Source: Pyrodictium delaneyi
GTDB lineage: Archaea; Thermoproteota; Thermoprotei_A; Sulfolobales; Pyrodictiaceae
Reading direction: 5' to 3'
Length of the DNA stretch: 32,000 nucleotides
NCBI RefSeq assembly: GCF_001412615.1
Contig: NZ_CP013011.1
Location: 390,001-422,000 of the forward strand
The position numbers were made by a program, and so were the translations under genes. The notes under the pieces were generated by a model. It was not told the origin of the DNA. It ran no database searches and saw only the letters and a list, made by a program, of their open reading frames with translations. This document shows positions 25,197-32,000 of the stretch, piece by piece; the first letter of the stretch is position 1, and the number at the start of each line of letters is the position of its first letter.

Positions 25197-26231
25197 CTAT
25201 ACTCTAGCCAAGAGTAACAGGCTGCTCACGCTGAGCAGGATTATCAGCACAGCCTCGTTCTTGTCCAGCTCGCCGCCGCTCGCTATACTGTGCTGCACCA
25301 GCCATAGACCTGCCGCGAGCACGCCGAGCGTGTAGACGATGTAGCGGTCCAGGGGCAGGGGGAGCAGTATAGCCAGGACAGCGTATACTAGGAGTAGCGT
25401 AGCGCTAGTAGCGGCTATTAGCCCGAAGCCTGCCTCCTCGCGCCGCCCCCGCGCCGCTGCTAGGAGGTTCAGCACAGCCTCCGGCGCCACGCCCACCAGG
25501 CCTATGAGGAGCCCCGCTGCGCCAAGACCCATGCCGTGAACCATGCCCTCGACCCCAGCGCTCATAGCCTCAGCCGCCGCCACGAGGCCGCCCAGGCCAC
25601 CGAGCAGCCATGGGGCCCACCCGAGCCCGCCAGCTCCCGCGCCGGGCTCGCGGCCGGCCCTCACGACCCAGAGTATGTAGACGAGGAAGAACACGAGGAG
25701 CGTCAGAGACGCCTCCAAGGGGTCCCTAGGCACCACTCCGAGGTAGGCAGCCTCCACCAACGCGTAGAGCACGATAACCGAGACAGCGGCTACCACCGCA
25801 CGGAGCAAAGGCAGCTCTATAGCCGAGGCCTCCGGGGGCGTCCTTAGCCCGCCACGGCCCATGAGCACCACGATGCCAAGCACAGCCAAGTTGAACCCAG
25901 CACTCACCATCACAGACAGCACTGCTAGCTCGACTAGCTCCGGGTTGCCCTCCGCCACCCCCCTCGAGCCGATACTATAGGCCAGGAGCAGCTCCGGAGC
26001 AACAGCAAGACTATTCACCAGGACACTCGCCGCGTAGCGACGAAGCCCATAGGCGTGCGCGGCTTCCTCAAGCCCGTGCACAGTGACCTCGCCGAACCCG
26101 AGGATACCCAGTAGCCCGCCAACAACAGCCAGCACGACAGAGCCTCCATGGGCTCCGTAGAGTCCTACAATGAGGCCGACAACGCCGAGCGCAAGGTAGA
26201 GTGCTAGCCCACGGCCAGCCATACACCGCAC
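25197..26231 (-). CDS. Polytopic membrane protein, CaCA (Na+/Ca2+ or cation/H+ exchanger)-like
   Basis: About 10 hydrophobic helices. Two alpha-repeat-like segments (NSLAVAPELLLAYS and GVAPEAVLNLLAAARG...IAATSATLLLV) resemble the GTSxPEL repeats. Confidence 0.5.
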   Translation of the reverse strand: MRCMAGRGLALYLALGVVGLIVGLYGAHGGSVVLAVVGGLLGILGFGEVTVHGLEEAAHAYGLRRYAASVLVNSLAVAPELLLAYSIGSRGVAEGNPELVELAVLSVMVSAGFNLAVLGIVVLMGRGGLRTPPEASAIELPLLRAVVAAVSVIVLYALVEAAYLGVVPRDPLEASLTLLVFFLVYILWVVRAGREPGAGAGGLGWAPWLLGGLGGLVAAAEAMSAGVEGMVHGMGLGAAGLLIGLVGVAPEAVLNLLAAARGRREEAGFGLIAATSATLLLVYAVLAILLPLPLDRYIVYTLGVLAAGLWLVQHSIASGGELDKNEAVLIILLSVSSLLLLARV

Positions 26232-26318
26232 CAGGGCAGGCAGCAGGCCCCAGGGATGCTAAAACCATCTAGCCCCGTCCCGACTGGGCTACGCTAGAGC
26301 GCCTAGGGCTGCACTGAG

Positions 26319-26379
26319 CCTATAAGTAGCGCTACTCACAGTATCATACTGGTGGTATCATACTGTGGGTATCATTATC
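26319..26379 (+). promoter_or_regulatory. Promoter/operator region: TATA-like box, two perfect palindromes and three 14-bp-phased GTATCAT(A/T) repeats
   Basis: CCTATAAGTAGC (26319-26330). Palindrome GTAGCGCTAC (26326-26335). Palindrome CAGTATcATACTG (26339-26351). GTATCATACTG at 26341 and at 26355, and GTATCATTATC at 26369, with 14-bp spacing. The last two copies flank the GTG start at 26365. Confidence 0.5.
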
Positions 26380-27567
26380 AAGAGGCCGTGGCTAGAAGAG
26401 TTCCTAAAGCAAGGCGGTAGGAGGCTCCTCTACGGGAGGAGAAAGACCGGCAAAACCTTCTACACACGGCTAGTACTCCCTGACTACCAGTACTTCATAG
26501 TGAGGAAAGGCGGCACCATATACGACCCGCTAGAAGACCAGGAGATAGACACCAGGGTCTTCCTCAGGCTCTGCAGGTCCGAGGACAATATCGTCCTCGA
26601 CGAGTTCCACCGCGCCGACCCAAGACTCTTCGACGCCCTACAGGCAGGAGTATGCCAAGAGAACATGGTGCTCATAACATCGACAATGCACTACCACCGG
26701 AGGTTCACCGAGGGCCCCGAAGCACCCCTCAAGGGGCTCTTCTCGATACGACAGGTAGGCCTCATATCGCCGGTAGAACTCCTCGCCACAGACTGGAGCC
26801 TCGAAGGAAAGATTCTCGTCGAGCACCTCGTCTTCTACCAGGAACCAGTACTCATAGGCCGAAGCATCAAGGACATAGTCCTCTCCGGCAGAGAATTCGC
26901 GAAATCACTCGTAGGGGAGGTCCTCGACGAGGAGGACTACACCTACACCCGACGGTTCGACGCAATACTCGAAGCCATAGCTGCCGGCAGGAACAAGCTC
27001 ACAGAGATAGCAGCGTACCTGCACGCACGCGGGCTGCTAGAGAAGCCCTCAACATCACACATAACAAAGTACATTGACGTGATGCTGAGGACCGGGCTAC
27101 TAGAGAGGATAGAGGTATGGGGGAAACGGAGGAGAAGCCTCTACCGCCACGTCTCGCCGCTGACCGAGCTAGTATACTACCTCGACGCCAGATACGGCTT
27201 CTACGACCTACCCCTCCCATGGAGCTACATAGAGAAGGCCGTCAAGACCCGTATACCGCTCCTCGTCGAGCGCTTCATGGAGCGGCTACTAGCCGGGCTA
27301 TTCGGCTACAAGCCCGTAAAGATACTAGAACCCGAGATAGACATCGCGCTCGCCGAGTTCCAGCGGATAAGACTCGTCGCTGAAGTCAAATGGGTAGAAA
27401 AGCTGACAAGAAGAGAGCTAAGACACATCGAGGAGAAGCTAGCCCGGTTCCCCGACGCCCAGGCGCTACTCATAGTACCAGACAAGACCATAGTCCCCGA
27501 GACATGGCTAGAAGTATGGGACACCAAGGACCTAGCAGCCAAGGCGAGACAGCAAACCAACACATGA
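26365..27567 (+). CDS. Archaeal ATPase (PF01637-like P-loop NTPase) with C-terminal DUF234 domain
   Basis: Walker A YGRRKTGKTF and Walker B NIVLDEFH. Winged-helix-like middle region (LTEIAAYL...ITKYIDVMLRTGLLERI). DUF234-type C-terminus (EIDIALAEFQRIRLVAEVKWVEKLTRREL). GTG start. Confidence 0.85.
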   Translation: MGIIIKRPWLEEFLKQGGRRLLYGRRKTGKTFYTRLVLPDYQYFIVRKGGTIYDPLEDQEIDTRVFLRLCRSEDNIVLDEFHRADPRLFDALQAGVCQENMVLITSTMHYHRRFTEGPEAPLKGLFSIRQVGLISPVELLATDWSLEGKILVEHLVFYQEPVLIGRSIKDIVLSGREFAKSLVGEVLDEEDYTYTRRFDAILEAIAAGRNKLTEIAAYLHARGLLEKPSTSHITKYIDVMLRTGLLERIEVWGKRRRSLYRHVSPLTELVYYLDARYGFYDLPLPWSYIEKAVKTRIPLLVERFMERLLAGLFGYKPVKILEPEIDIALAEFQRIRLVAEVKWVEKLTRRELRHIEEKLARFPDAQALLIVPDKTIVPETWLEVWDTKDLAAKARQQTNT

Positions 27568-27660
27568 CGGGTCCATAAGCTATACCAGGCCAGCCACAAT
27601 CAATAAGCCTAAATTCCTACACAGCGATTCTGTCCCCGAAAACCAGAGCCAGCCCCTACC

Positions 27661-28502
27661 GTGGTGTACAGCGTGGGCAGGGGTCTCTGGTACTGGGAGC
27701 CCCGCGTCGGAGAAGCATTCCACAGAGCAGTAGAGAAGAGCGTCACCGTACCAGAGCTAGCCAAAGCCATAGTAGAACTGTTCACGAGACTATGGAGCAC
27801 CGGAGCCAAGGCCTCCAGAGCCTCCTTAGCACTACGAGTCTACCCAGATCTGGCGAACGAAGAATTAGAGGAAATAACCGTGGTAGACGCGCTAGTTAAC
27901 CTCCTCGACGATCTCCTCGACCTAGAGGACGTGACATCAACTCGGGGCAAAGAGGCGAAAGCCATCTACATCCGTACAGCAATAGCAGCCTTCGGCATAC
28001 TGAAAAGTAGAGAAGCCTATACGTACATGGCAGAGCATATAGGACGCCGTGTCTTTGACTCCGAGTACCAAATTAAGCTAATGCTGTCCAAGAGTTCGCT
28101 TCCACACACACACAAGAGCTTCTGGAGTGGCTCGAAGAGCTGTACCTTAACGACGCGCATGACGCCTGGTACTTCTTCGCCTATCCCGCCCACCGTAGGC
28201 TCCCACAAAGAGAGGCCGGACAACTCGTAGAGGCCGGGCTAGTGTACCGCGCACTGTGGCTCGTACTAGACCACCTAGTGGACCTCGAAGAGGACCGAAG
28301 GAACAATGTGGTCACAGGGGTCCGGCTGGCACTAGACATTGCCAGGGAGCCAATGACTCTCCGGAGCCTCGTAGAACGGCTCCATCAACGCTTCAACACA
28401 GCCATAGAAGGGCTAAGACACATAGCCTATGCAGAGAACTTGGAAAGAGAGTATGAGAGGCTTATGGAGCTGCTCAATAGGGAGCTAGGGAGGCTAGTCT
28501 AG
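27661..28502 (+). pseudogene. Split gene for an all-helical protein with two Asp-rich motifs (squalene/phytoene-synthase-like, tentative); the frame breaks at a (CA)6 tract
   Basis: Track ORFs 27661-28230 and 28242-28502 are one gene. Frame 0 is open and protein-like from 28077 (…QELLEWLEELYLNDAHDAWYFFAYPAHRR…VYRALWLVLDHLVDLEEDRRNN…). The tail of the upstream ORF after the repeat (KSFWSGSKSCTLTTRMTPGTSS…) looks non-coding. Removing one CA unit joins both parts into a 279-codon ORF. Confidence 0.6.
28103..28114. repeat. (CA)6 dinucleotide microsatellite at the frame junction of the split gene
   Basis: CACACACACACA read directly at 28103-28114. Confidence 0.95.
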
Positions 28503-28681
28503 CCTAATACATCTTCTTGGCCCTCTCTAGCCTCTCCCGGAGGAACGGTACAAGCCCCGACGGCCCTCTGGTAGCCCTCTGGGTCGTCGTAATGTGTTGC
28601 CGTTAGCTCTCCAGAGGCAAGCATAGGGTAGTCTACTTTCTCCACGTACCTATCCAAGACCTTGACGATGCTTTGGCTCAC
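28499..28681 (-). CDS. Small hypothetical ORF (60 aa), paralogue of 28827-29045
   Basis: GTG start. Shares ATHYDDPEG / AATYYDPEG and GEAREG / KEAREF in the same order with the neighbouring small ORF. Family not recognised. Confidence 0.3.
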   Translation of the reverse strand: MSQSIVKVLDRYVEKVDYPMLASGELTATHYDDPEGYQRAVGACTVPPGEAREGQEDVLG

Positions 28682-28826
28682 ACTTTGGCTCGTCTACAAG
28701 TCATCTTTAGGGGACACGTAGTCTTCACAACCACAATTTCCCCTAGAGAAGCATCACCCTAAAGAACCCATGGAGCCGGAGACATGAAACCTCATTAACC
28801 ACATAATTATATAAGCTACCCACTTG

Positions 28827-29045
28827 TTAGCCAGGGGGACTTCCTCTAAAGATATCTAGGCCGTGGATACGGCGATAGAACTCCCTGGCCTCCTTTATCT
28901 TCGGCAGCAACCCGGCTTCACAATGTTCTCGTAAAAAAGACTCAGCAACACCCTCAGGATCATAATACGTGGCAGCATGGCTGCTGTACACAGAGCATGG
29001 GGGTCTCTCCTCACCGTGCATCGTTATAAAGCCCCAGCCCCTCAT
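28827..29045 (-). CDS. Small hypothetical ORF (72 aa), paralogue of 28499-28681
   Basis: ATG start, protein-like sequence (…FLREHCEAGLLPKIKEAREFYRRIHG…). Shares motifs with the 60-aa ORF. Confidence 0.35.
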   Translation of the reverse strand: MRGWGFITMHGEERPPCSVYSSHAATYYDPEGVAESFLREHCEAGLLPKIKEAREFYRRIHGLDIFRGSPPG

Positions 29046-29132
29046 CCACTAGAACATGGCCCGGTAGCCCATTAGCACGTAGGTAGGATTGTCGAAACCA
29101 GTAGTGTCTCTAGCTCTGCTTGCGCTCGGTTG

Positions 29133-30499
29133 CTAGGCTTCTTCTATCCTCGGCAGGTTTGCTGCGAAGTCTTTCTCGACGCTGTCGAGGGTGTATACTT
29201 GTATGTTTTCGTCCTCTGGTAGGCCTTCTGTGCTCCTCGCGTATATGATGTATGTTTCTCAGCGTTCTCCTCTCCGCCAGGGGAACTGCTCGGCTTTTGC
29301 TACTAGCTGGCGGAGTGTTCGTCTGTCTGCTCTACCCCACTTGCACTCGGCGAATACGGCTGTGTTGTTTTCCCCGTCTATTGCCACGATGTCTATCTCT
29401 GTGCCGTGCCACCACAATTTCCCTATCTTTGTGAAGCTTAGTCTGCCCTTTCTGCGGAGTAGTAGCATGTGCTCTAGGGCTATCTGCTCCCAGGCTCTGG
29501 AGGCGTGTATGTCTAGCCTCTGGTTGATCCTCTTGGCTGTCTCCTCGGGGTCTAGCTCTAGTAGATGGCGCGGGGGGTAGACCTCTGAGAACCACCAGGC
29601 GAAGAAGCTGTCGGCTATGGTGTACCTGGCGTAGCGTGGCCGTCCCTCCATCCCGAGGGGATAGACGCGCTCTACTATGCCTAGGGCCTCCTCGAGTACT
29701 CTCAGGTACTTGCCTATGGAGTCGCGTGGTACGCCGACGTAGTTGGCTATCTCGGTTGGCCGGGTGTTGCCTCTGGCTATCGCCTCTAGTACTGCTATGT
29801 ACTTGTCTGGCTCGCGGGTCTCTGCGTACAGTATGGATAGGGGCTCCTCGTGGAGGGGTGCGCCCGGCTCTAGTACTAGCTTTGCTATGTTTTCTTGGAG
29901 GCTGCGTGAGGGGTCTAGCAGGGAGAGGTAGTAGGGTGTGCCTCCGAAGACGCTGTAGCCTCTTACCCGGTCTTCGGGGCTCCACCCTCCATGAAGACTC
30001 GTGCTTCTCGGTACCTGAACCCTGTTATGCGGAGTACGCGGGTTACGCGCCCGTGTATGGGGGAGTTGTAGCTGAGTGCTAGCTTCTCTACGACGCCTAC
30101 GCCGCTCCCGACGAGGACCACCATGGGGTTGTACTCGTGCGCCTCGGTGTCCCAGAAGCTCTGTAGCTCGCTGAGCAGCCCCGTGCCTGCTAGGCGCTGG
30201 AACTCGTCGATCACTATTACCGGCCTCTCGCCGAGGAGCCGGGCCGCGAAGCGTAGGAGATCGCGCAGCCACTGGAAGGAGGCCTCGAACCCCGTTGCCA
30301 CGGAGAGCTGGCGGGAGAGGTCGCGCAGCGCTAGCTCCCGCTCGGCGTAGTTGACTACAAGGCATAGGCCGCGGCGGCCGCGAAGGAAGCGCCGTACGAG
30401 GAATGTCCCCAGCCTCCTCTGCCCATAGACTACCACCAGCTCTGGCCGGCCGGAGGCATATACTTCTTCCAGGACTGCTAGCTCCCTCTCACGGTCCAC
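29133..30499 (-). pseudogene. Decayed archaeal ATPase (PF01637-like + DUF234) pseudogene
   Basis: The N-terminal ATPase part is in track ORF 29963-30499 and the C-terminal part in the frame of ORF 29259-30365 (…GYSVFGGTPYYLSLL…IDIVAIDGENNTAVFAECKW…). Three lesions are visible. Walker A lacks its Lys (YGQRRLG-TFLV). There is a frameshift near the C4/G4 run at about 29976-29979. An in-frame TGA at 29259-29261 is followed by 41 more protein-like codons (ETYIIYARSTEGLPEDENIQVYTLDSVEKDFAANLPRIEEA) to TAG 29133-29135. Confidence 0.8.
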
Positions 30500-30650
30500 G
30501 AAACGCGTACCCAGGATACCCGGACCCTAGAGCCCCGTACTCCATAGTACGTATCCCGTAGGCAAGCTAGGTAAGTGGCTATCCCCACAGCGCTAGTATC
30601 GTCCAGCCCCGTCCTCGGCTAGACTGTGTTGGAGCCCTGCGAGCAGGGAG

Positions 30651-31064
30651 TTAGGATGGGTGTGGATCAACGGCTCGGGGTACGGAGGGATCGTCGATCC
30701 CTGGGCATCGGGCTAGGGAGTCGGGCTCTCCGGCTACTGGGCCTTGGGGTTGGCGGTGTCCTTGCTGTGTGCCGGGTATATGCGTACTGGGTAGACGCCA
30801 TTTGTTATCGTTAGATGGCTTCTGCCCCCTGTAGACTCTTAGCCCCCTTCTCTTAGCCTCCTCAGCGAGCTTCTCGACATCGCTGCATACAAACTCGAGG
30901 TAGCCCGGCAAGTAGTCCACTAGGAGTGCGTCACCAGCGTCGATCGCCTTCTTTGTATAGCCGGTGGGCCTGCAGCGCTCTATTATGAAGCCCATGTATT
31001 CGGGGAGTACTAGCCCCGGTACAAGCTGTATTACTCGTGCCCCTAGCGGCCTGGGTTTCCTCAA
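30651..31064 (-). CDS. Hypothetical protein (possibly degraded); start overlaps the stop of the upstream NTase pseudogene
   Basis: TTG start in an ATTTGA overlap. The first about 80 residues are protein-like (…YLPGYLEFVCSDVEKLAEEAKRRGLRVYRG). The remainder (…PSTHIPGTQQGHRQPQGPVAGEPDS…) looks out of frame. Confidence 0.3.
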   Translation of the reverse strand: MRKPRPLGARVIQLVPGLVLPEYMGFIIERCRPTGYTKKAIDAGDALLVDYLPGYLEFVCSDVEKLAEEAKRRGLRVYRGQKPSNDNKWRLPSTHIPGTQQGHRQPQGPVAGEPDSLARCPGIDDPSVPRAVDPHPS

Positions 31065-31639
31065 ATCTTCACCCCGATCCTCCGGAGCAGCCTAGCGAGT
31101 TCCTTCTCTATGCCTGCTTCTCTCGCACGTCTGAGCATATAGGCTAGGTCGAGTTCTTCTATCTTCTGTGTGACTGCCTTCTTGACGTTGCTAATGTCTT
31201 TTCTCTCCCCCGACATCAGCTTAAGGATCACCAGGTCCTCTATGCTCGGCAGGTAGACGTTTCCTGTAATGTGTAGTGCTCTGGCCTCCCATTCTTCGTC
31301 GAGTATGAGTGGTGCGTAGTTTATATCGACGTGGATATCGTCCTCGACTAGGAGCCCCCATTTTTCCACTGCACCTTAAACCCCTTGCTACGGAGCATCC
31401 CGGTAATACAGTCTCGTAGCTCCTTAGTGAATGACGCTGTTATTGTAACATCCCAGTCTCTTGTCTCCCTCTGTAACCCGACACCATGAAGCATTAAGGC
31501 ACGCGCACCAATTATGTATACACGGAGCCCAAGATTTTCAGCAGTTCAGCTATCTGAGGCACTGTTCTAGTCTAGAAATCCTCTCAACGGTTGTGTACTC
31601 GCTTGAGCCGCCATACTGCTGGTCGTGGACCTCAGCCAT
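31061..31639 (-). pseudogene. Multiply frameshifted minimal nucleotidyltransferase-fold gene (archaeal DUF2204-like, tentative)
   Basis: My translation of the minus strand finds successive pieces in different frames. They are MAEVHDQQYGGSSEYTTVERISRLEQCLR*, PQIAELLKILGSVYT*, RVYIIGARALMLHGVGLQRETRDWDVTITASFTKELRDCITGMLRSKGFKVQWKNGGS*, and then track ORF 31061-31369 (VEKWGLLVEDDIHVDINY…PSIEDLVILKLMSGERKDISNVKK…). The GxxAL..HG..R.T.D.D pattern and the S.EDL...KL..GR.KD pattern are NTase-fold hallmarks. Confidence 0.55.
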
Positions 31640-31832
31640 CTAGCACCGCCCACCCGAGACGACAAAAACCCGTAGTAGTAGATTATGGCTTGATTACACT
31701 CGGCTCTACAATGTAGCTCTTAGACGTTTAGACGCCGGAAGCTTGGCCTAGTCATAGCTGGTGCATCTACATCTCCTTACGTTCGCCATAGCTGTATAGC
31801 CGGGAGTCGTGTACTAGAGAGGTGTCTAGGGA

Positions 31833-32000
31833 TTGGGTGTGGGCCAGTTATTGCTGCTCGTGGCTGTCTTGGTGGCTTCGCTGCTGCAGGCGAGTTCCGG
31901 GGTTCTGGCGTGCTATGGGCCCCGTGTTGATGGGCTGCGTGGCTTCCTGGAGGCGCAGTACGTGCCGGAGGCTGGCCTGCTGCGGGCAGCTGTGGCTGCC
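31833..32000 (+). CDS. 5' part of a gene for a secreted/membrane protein (signal-peptide-like N-terminus); continues beyond the window end
   Basis: Frame opens after TAG 31827-31829. TTG 31833 (or GTG 31839) gives MGVGQLLLLVAVLVASLLQASSGVLACYGPRVDGLRGFLEAQYVPEAGLLRAAVAA. Not in the track because the window truncates it. Confidence 0.35.
   Translation, partial: MGVGQLLLLVAVLVASLLQASSGVLACYGPRVDGLRGFLEAQYVPEAGLLRAAVAA

Noticed and set aside
29259-29261. In-frame TGA in the DUF234 ATPase gene, considered as selenocysteine or programmed read-through.
   Set aside because: The same gene also has a frameshift and a destroyed P-loop, so simple pseudogenisation is the more economical explanation. 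No SECIS-like context is evident.
29191-30082. Plus-strand and alternative-frame ORFs 29191-29580, 29252-29434, 29332-29985, 29636-30082, 29743-29931 and 30123-30350.
   Set aside because: They overlap the clearly homologous ATPase pseudogene and translate to Arg/Ser/Pro/Cys-rich junk.

Overview
This 32-kb window looks like a hyperthermophilic crenarchaeal chromosome (inference). Support: A/T-rich TATA-like boxes 30-60 nt upstream of starts, many GTG/TTG starts, GGAGGTGA-type SD sites inside operons, a PDO-like protein, archaeal DUF234 ATPases and a long crenarchaeal-type PdxS. No rRNA, tRNA, CRISPR array, transposase or integrase was recognised.

Content from left to right:
(1) 1-3255: a thiol/sulfur-redox cluster. 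It holds a partial Fe-S protein, a PDO-like protein without CXXC, a TusA-like protein translationally coupled to a NarI-like di-haem-type membrane protein, a membrane-anchored CPHC thioredoxin, and CcdA/DsbD.
(2) 3314-5158: a DUF4258 toxin-like ORF, an SDR reductase and a DUF457 membrane hydrolase.
(3) 5398-9253 (minus): a membrane-bound [NiFe]-hydrogenase module, hynS (Tat signal)-isp1-isp2. No large-subunit gene occurs anywhere in the window.
(4) 9680-11563 (plus): a divergent accessory operon. It contains a catalytically dead HybD-like paralogue overlapping a canonical maturation protease, plus two unknown ORFs.
(5) 11596-16628 (minus): hypD-hypC-hypE-hypF.
(6) 16862-24251: housekeeping and miscellaneous genes (MBL hydrolase, LysE-like protein, pdxS/pdxT, 4xCBS+RAM protein, BadF-type kinase, DppA/M55 peptidase).
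(7) 24304-31639: an accessory, partly decaying region. It holds a fused HepT-MNT toxin/antitoxin polypeptide, a CaCA-type antiporter, and an intact DUF234 ATPase preceded by a phased repeat/palindrome array. It also holds a squalene/phytoene-synthase-like gene split exactly at a (CA)6 tract, two small paralogous ORFs, a DUF234 ATPase pseudogene with three lesions, and a multiply frameshifted nucleotidyltransferase pseudogene.

Base composition is strongly mosaic: 40% GC in a sampled line of the protease operon versus 72% in a sampled line of the 22.4-26.3 kb block.

The best candidates for something undescribed are the hydrogenase-linked pseudo-protease/thiol-relay context and the ATPase plus (CA)6-split gene pair in the accessory region.
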